From assembly GCA_001784175.1 (NCBI GenBank), contig MFPR01000026.1, positions 124,001 to 188,000 on the forward strand: a stretch of 64,000 nucleotides of DNA, in the 5' to 3' direction. Positions 59,475 through 64,000 of the stretch are shown one piece after another (position 1 is the first letter of the stretch; the number at the start of each line of letters is the position of its first letter). The notes under the pieces are model-generated. The model searched no databases. It had not been told where the DNA came from and was given only the letters and a program-made list of their open reading frames with translations. Both the position numbers and the translations under genes were made by a program. The stretch comes from Candidatus Lindowbacteria bacterium RIFCSPLOWO2_12_FULL_62_27 (GTDB lineage Bacteria; Lindowbacteria; 2-12-FULL-62-27).

Positions 59475-59505
59475 TTTCAAAGCCTATTGCAAAGGAGGAC
59501 GGGAG

Positions 59506-60975
59506 ATGAACATCCGAACAAATTTTTGGGCCCTCATCACGACTGCGGCTGCCATTGCGGCACTCGCCGCGCCTGTCGCGCGGGCCGAGGACGACATGGC
59601 GGCGCGCGTCGCAATGCTGGAGAAACGCGTGAAAGAACTCGAAGCGCAGACGGTGCTGTCGCTGCCGGAGCTGATCGTCCGGGAACGAAAGGTCTACGTC
59701 TGCGAGAAGGGGCATAGTTTTACAAAGGAGACGGCGGACGGACGGTGCCCGCACGACGGGACGAAGCTGACCGCACAGAAGACGTATCAGAAGGAAAAGT
59801 ACTACCGCCGCAAGACGATCGAGGAGAAGATCGAGGAGTCGCTGGCAAGCATTCAGCCCGTCACCCTCGGCCTTTCTGTGACCGGGATGGTCTTCCAGAC
59901 CGCCGGGACCGGGCGCGACCATCCCAACTTGAATCGGAGCCAGAACAAGAAGGACCTCTACGGCTCGGGATCGTTTGATCTGCAGCTTTCGGCGAGGCCG
60001 GCGTATCAGACAACCCTCTTCGCCGATTTGGAGGCGATGGCCGACACCGGCGCCCGGACTCGTATACCGGCGCTCACATCGCTCAACAGCGACGCGAACC
60101 GCCATTCCTCTCAGAGCGCCGACAACAACGTGGAAAACGAGGAGATCAACCTCCGGGAGGCCTGGATATCGACCGTCCTCGGCCGCTCCCAGGAATGGAC
60201 GCTTGTCAGCGGCAGCATGGATCTGGCCGGGGTGGTCGACCAGAACAATATTGCCAACGACGAGACACTGCAATTCGTTTCGGACGCGTTCGTCAACAGC
60301 CCGTTTCTCGGCAAGCCGGAAAACGGCGCGGCCTTCGCGGCGATCTACGACCCGAAGGGGCCCTACGCGCTCAAGCTCGCCGTTCAGCGCATCAATGTGA
60401 GCGCCGGCCGGCAGGCGTCCAAAATCGCCGGCAGGCTTTACAGCGTCGGCGAGCTTGTAGTGCGCACACGGCTCTGGAAAGGCCTGCAGAACGGCAATTA
60501 CCGGTTCTGGGTACGGTCGGCGGGCGAGGTGGACAGGCGCGAGAACATCGGCTACGGCGTGAGCTTTGACCAGGCCATCAGCCGGACCATGAATTTTTTC
60601 GGCCGGTACGGGAGCCAGCGCACGCTTCAGCCCGGCACCGCCGCCAACTCGACGCGGGTGGTTTCGCAACGCGACGACCTGCATGCCAGCGCAGGGATTG
60701 AAGTACGCGGGCCGGAATGGACCTTCTTCCCGCGGGACGTGTGGGCGGTCGCCCTCAGCCGGACGGAGATCCGCAGTCTCCAAGGTCAGCAGTTTGAGTT
60801 GGTCGGCAACGGCGGCGGCGAGAATGAGAGCTTGGTGGAGGGGTACTATCGATTTTTCATCACGGAGCATCTGCACATGACGCCGTTCGTTCAGTGGCTG
60901 GCCGATTCGACCCGCGCCGAACTCGTTGCGGCGGACGACTTGGCCGTGGGTCTTCGGACCCAGGTCGACTTTTAG
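59506..60975 (+). CDS. Outer-membrane porin (OprB-like) with N-terminal heavy-metal-binding-like motif
   Basis: SD AGGAGG; signal peptide; YVCEKGH...GRCPHDGTKL; EGYYRF...TPFVQW...GLRTQVDF with terminal Phe. Confidence 0.75.
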   Translation: MNIRTNFWALITTAAAIAALAAPVARAEDDMAARVAMLEKRVKELEAQTVLSLPELIVRERKVYVCEKGHSFTKETADGRCPHDGTKLTAQKTYQKEKYYRRKTIEEKIEESLASIQPVTLGLSVTGMVFQTAGTGRDHPNLNRSQNKKDLYGSGSFDLQLSARPAYQTTLFADLEAMADTGARTRIPALTSLNSDANRHSSQSADNNVENEEINLREAWISTVLGRSQEWTLVSGSMDLAGVVDQNNIANDETLQFVSDAFVNSPFLGKPENGAAFAAIYDPKGPYALKLAVQRINVSAGRQASKIAGRLYSVGELVVRTRLWKGLQNGNYRFWVRSAGEVDRRENIGYGVSFDQAISRTMNFFGRYGSQRTLQPGTAANSTRVVSQRDDLHASAGIEVRGPEWTFFPRDVWAVALSRTEIRSLQGQQFELVGNGGGENESLVEGYYRFFITEHLHMTPFVQWLADSTRAELVAADDLAVGLRTQVDF

Positions 60976-60988
60976 GAGGCGAACGATC

Positions 60989-62155
60989 ATGAAATTTCTC
61001 AGATTCCTTGCCTGTATCACCGTTTTTGTCGCCTTGCCCGTGCGGGCGGCAGACGTTCCGGACGCGCGGGAGGTGATCCTGGTCGTCAACCGGGATTCCA
61101 ACGACATTTCGTTCGTTTCCTCACAAACTCGGGAGGTCGTCGGAAAAGTGCATCTCGCCGACTGGGCCAACCCGCACATGGCGATGTTTACCATGGACGG
61201 ACGTAAAATTGTCGCGTCTGGGACGCGGGCCAACAAGATTTTTATCATCGACTACGACAGCCAGAAGGTGACCTCGGTTATCGACGCCGACTTCGCTCCG
61301 GAGCACATGGACATTTCCCATGATAACCGCTTCGCGTACGTGGGGAACATCGAGGCCGGCACGGTGTCCGTAATCGATCTGGCGACCGAAAAAGAAGTCC
61401 GGCGCATTGAGGGCTTTGTCGAGCCGCACAACATCACCTTCACGCCGGACGGCACGAAGGCTTACGTGGCCAACCTCGGCGCGCACTGGGTGGGTGTGAT
61501 CGACGCCAAGCGGCACGAGCTGGTGAAACGTGTTAACATCCCGCTCAATCTGCCGGTGACGCCGAACTCCGAGGAGCTTCTCGGTGAGATCGAGGGGATC
61601 ATCAACGTGACGCTGACACGGGACGGGAAGTTCGGCTACGCCGCGGACATTTCGCTCGACGCCGTCGCCATCATCGACGCGCGGACGGATGAGCTCGTCA
61701 AGGTGATCCAGCTCCAGAACGGCGCCAAACCTTGGCGCGCATGGGCTAGCCACGACGGCAGGACGATGTGGGTCCCGAACAACGGCGACGAGACTGTATC
61801 GGTCTTCGACGCCGCCAAGCACGACGTCATCGCGACGCTTGAGGCGGGGCCCGACATGACCGGCGTGAATTTCGGGAACGGCAAGGCCTATGTCATTTCG
61901 AGTTCGTCCGGGTTTGTCTATGTGTACGATCTCAAATCGCTCCTGCCCAAGGGAAGAATTTTCATCGGGAAAAACGTGCAGCTCGAAACGGCTACGACCG
62001 ATCCTTCCGGGCAGAAGCTCTACCTGTGCGAGTCGAGAAATCACTCGCTCTACGAGATCAACACCAGGACCGACAAAGCCGTGCAGATACCCGACGTCGG
62101 ATTTTTTCCATGGGGCTCCCACATGCTCAACAGCCCCGATAACTATTGCCATTGA
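60989..62155 (+). CDS. Secreted YVTN/YncE-like beta-propeller protein
   Basis: SD AGGAGG; repeats such as PH.I.FTPDG.KAYVAN...VGVID. Confidence 0.8.
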   Translation: MKFLRFLACITVFVALPVRAADVPDAREVILVVNRDSNDISFVSSQTREVVGKVHLADWANPHMAMFTMDGRKIVASGTRANKIFIIDYDSQKVTSVIDADFAPEHMDISHDNRFAYVGNIEAGTVSVIDLATEKEVRRIEGFVEPHNITFTPDGTKAYVANLGAHWVGVIDAKRHELVKRVNIPLNLPVTPNSEELLGEIEGIINVTLTRDGKFGYAADISLDAVAIIDARTDELVKVIQLQNGAKPWRAWASHDGRTMWVPNNGDETVSVFDAAKHDVIATLEAGPDMTGVNFGNGKAYVISSSSGFVYVYDLKSLLPKGRIFIGKNVQLETATTDPSGQKLYLCESRNHSLYEINTRTDKAVQIPDVGFFPWGSHMLNSPDNYCH

Positions 62156-62260
62156 ACAGGCGCTCCTCCGCGTCCCCGTTCCGCGGTGTTGCCCCCCTTT
62201 GCGCGCGGGATGTCGGGGTCGATTGGTTTCGGAGGGCGCACGAGGTAGGCTGACCGGCCG

Positions 62261-63211
62261 ATGGACAAGCCTTGGAAGGGAGGGACATGGCCAGCCATGT
62301 CCCTCCTGTTTTTTTCAGTGTTGCTCTTGATGCATGCGGCTGCTCCACCGACGGCTTCGGCTGGGCTTTCCGCGTTCGAGGTTCGTAGAATCCGAAAGGC
62401 GCTGCGCTCGGCGGAGAGTGACAGCCGGGCCGTGGCGCCGGCGCAGAGTGAGGCGCCGCCTCCCGTATCGGTTCCGGGGGAGTCCGGCCTGGAATTCTAC
62501 GTTTGTCCCATGCACGCTGATTTTCAAAGACGCGCGCCCGCGGTCTGCGCTGTCTGCGGCATGGTCCTCCAGCGCGGCCGGCACGCATGGACCGGCGCGG
62601 AGGCCGGCGCCGCCGCGTCCGTCGAAATCACATTGTCGCTCCTCCAGGCGGACCTGTTGACCCTGCGGTTCGCGGAGATCAGGCCTTTGAGAATCGAACG
62701 GTGGATCCGAACGTCCGCCGCGCGAGCAGGCGGTGGGCAGCTCGCAGGGACGCTGACAGGTCCGGACCGGGCGGCCCTTCGGCCCGGACTGCTCGTCCGG
62801 GCGTTTCCGATGAGGAGCCGCACGAGAGTTTTTTCCGGCCGGATCGAGACCGTTCAGCCTGCGGCTGCCGCCACCCGCTTTGCAATACGTCTGGCGGACG
62901 ATTCCGACGACGCCGAAGTTTACGTGACCGAGATCATCGTGAGTGAGGGGACGAAGCTTGCGATCCCGTCCGATGCGATCCTCTTCACCACGGACGGTTT
63001 GTTCGCGTTCAAGCGCGTCCGGGGCGACTCGGAAGCGATCACGATCTCGCAGGCGCCGGTGCGGATCGGCAGTCGTGGCGAGGTGTATTACGAAGTCCTC
63101 GACGGCCTGGAGGAGGGCGACGCGGTCGCCGTGTCCGGACTCTTCTTTCTGGACGCCGCGGTCAAATACGGGCGCGCGGGCGCCGCTTCGGCGGGACGGC
63201 TGGCCCGATGA
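62261..63211 (+). CDS. CusB-like RND periplasmic adaptor with heavy-metal-binding domain
   Basis: YVCPMH...CAVCGMVL; LAIPSDAIL, EVLDGLEEGD.VAVSGLFFLDA. Confidence 0.75.
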   Translation: MDKPWKGGTWPAMSLLFFSVLLLMHAAAPPTASAGLSAFEVRRIRKALRSAESDSRAVAPAQSEAPPPVSVPGESGLEFYVCPMHADFQRRAPAVCAVCGMVLQRGRHAWTGAEAGAAASVEITLSLLQADLLTLRFAEIRPLRIERWIRTSAARAGGGQLAGTLTGPDRAALRPGLLVRAFPMRSRTRVFSGRIETVQPAAAATRFAIRLADDSDDAEVYVTEIIVSEGTKLAIPSDAILFTTDGLFAFKRVRGDSEAITISQAPVRIGSRGEVYYEVLDGLEEGDAVAVSGLFFLDAAVKYGRAGAASAGRLAR

Positions 63212-64000
63212 TCGAACGAATCATCGTTCTTTCGGTGCGATTTCCCTTCCGCGTGATTTCCACTGTTCTGCTCCTGTGCGTCCTCACGGCGCTTGGTTTG
63301 AAGGATATGTCGTTCGACGCCCTGCCGGAGGTGACGGACCCGCAGGTGATCGTTGAAGTTGTCTGGGAGGCGCCGACGGAACGGCTGGATCGGGAGGCGG
63401 CCGGGCCGGTTTCCCGGGCGATCCAGTCGATCACCGGTGTACGGACGGTTCGAACGTCTTCCGAAATGGGATACGCGTTTGTCTACGCCGTGCTGTCGGA
63501 TGGCGCGGACCCCCGAGCCGTGCGCAGGGAGATCGAGCGGCGCCTGCCGGACATACGGGCCGGCATTCCGGCCGGCGCTCGGGTCCGGATCGGCCCGGAC
63601 GCGTCGAGCGTCGGATGGATTTATCAGTACGCGCTTGTCGACCGAAGTTTCCGTCGGGATCTCAAGCAACTCTACGAACTGCAGACACGCCGCATCGCTC
63701 CCATCCTCGCGGCCGCACCCGGAGTGGCGGAGATCGCGGCCGTCGGTGGGCTGAAACGGCAGATACAAATTCATGTCTACCCGCCGCTCCTTGCACATTA
63801 CCGTCTGTCGCTGTCGGCGGTGATTGATGGCATCCGCGCCGCGCTCGAAGATGCCGGTGGGCGGATGGTCGAAGTCTCAGGCCGTGACTTCCAGATCCGC
63901 GCGGTCACGCCTATGATGAGTCTCGATCAGCTCGAGATTGCGGTGATCGGGCGAAGTCCGGAGGGCAATCCGGTCCGGATTCAGGACATCGGTTTCATCC
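63208..64000 (+). CDS. CusA/CzcA heavy-metal RND permease, 3'-truncated by the window edge
   Basis: Hand translation MIERII...DALPEVTDPQVIV...GPDASSVGWIYQYAL. Confidence 0.9.
   Translation, partial: MIERIIVLSVRFPFRVISTVLLLCVLTALGLKDMSFDALPEVTDPQVIVEVVWEAPTERLDREAAGPVSRAIQSITGVRTVRTSSEMGYAFVYAVLSDGADPRAVRREIERRLPDIRAGIPAGARVRIGPDASSVGWIYQYALVDRSFRRDLKQLYELQTRRIAPILAAAPGVAEIAAVGGLKRQIQIHVYPPLLAHYRLSLSAVIDGIRAALEDAGGRMVEVSGRDFQIRAVTPMMSLDQLEIAVIGRSPEGNPVRIQDIGFI

Noticed and set aside
59308-59505. Shared peptide APQAGASAKFRHPGA in ORFs 45646 and 59308
   Set aside because: It is only the antisense translation of the duplicated tRNA/att core; the porin starts at 59506 with an SD.

Overview
Bases 1-45.6 kb are GC-rich bacterial core genome, apparently a diderm with flagellar genes. 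They hold a TPR/TonB cluster, an F0-only atp block, lepB-surA-pdxA-rsmA-scpAB-pheA-hisC-aroA-cmk/plsC-rpsA-like, pcm, tRNA-Pro, acyP, an RpoS-like sigma, apt, a lone fliD and the str-S10-spc-alpha cluster without rpmD. Bases 45658-59363 are a lower-GC, ~13.7-kb integrated element bounded by a 44-bp direct repeat. Unusually, the repeat is the 5' half of tRNA-Leu(GAG), and the element appears to supply a replacement tRNA promoter. All its genes are on the minus strand: integrase, two HTH proteins, a T7 gp4-like primase-helicase, a phage-type initiator behind an attenuator-like leader, two secreted adhesin-like proteins, a GIY-YIG nuclease, small phage/plasmid genes and a second tyrosine recombinase flanked by dif-like sites. 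The most intriguing signal is a ~310-nt highly structured non-coding region, with G-U pairs and a GAAA tetraloop on the minus strand, followed by a terminator and then the GIY-YIG gene. After the element come a porin, a beta-propeller and CusBA-like genes behind a Fur-like 7-1-7 box. All calls are by-eye motif recognition; no database searches or folding programs were run.
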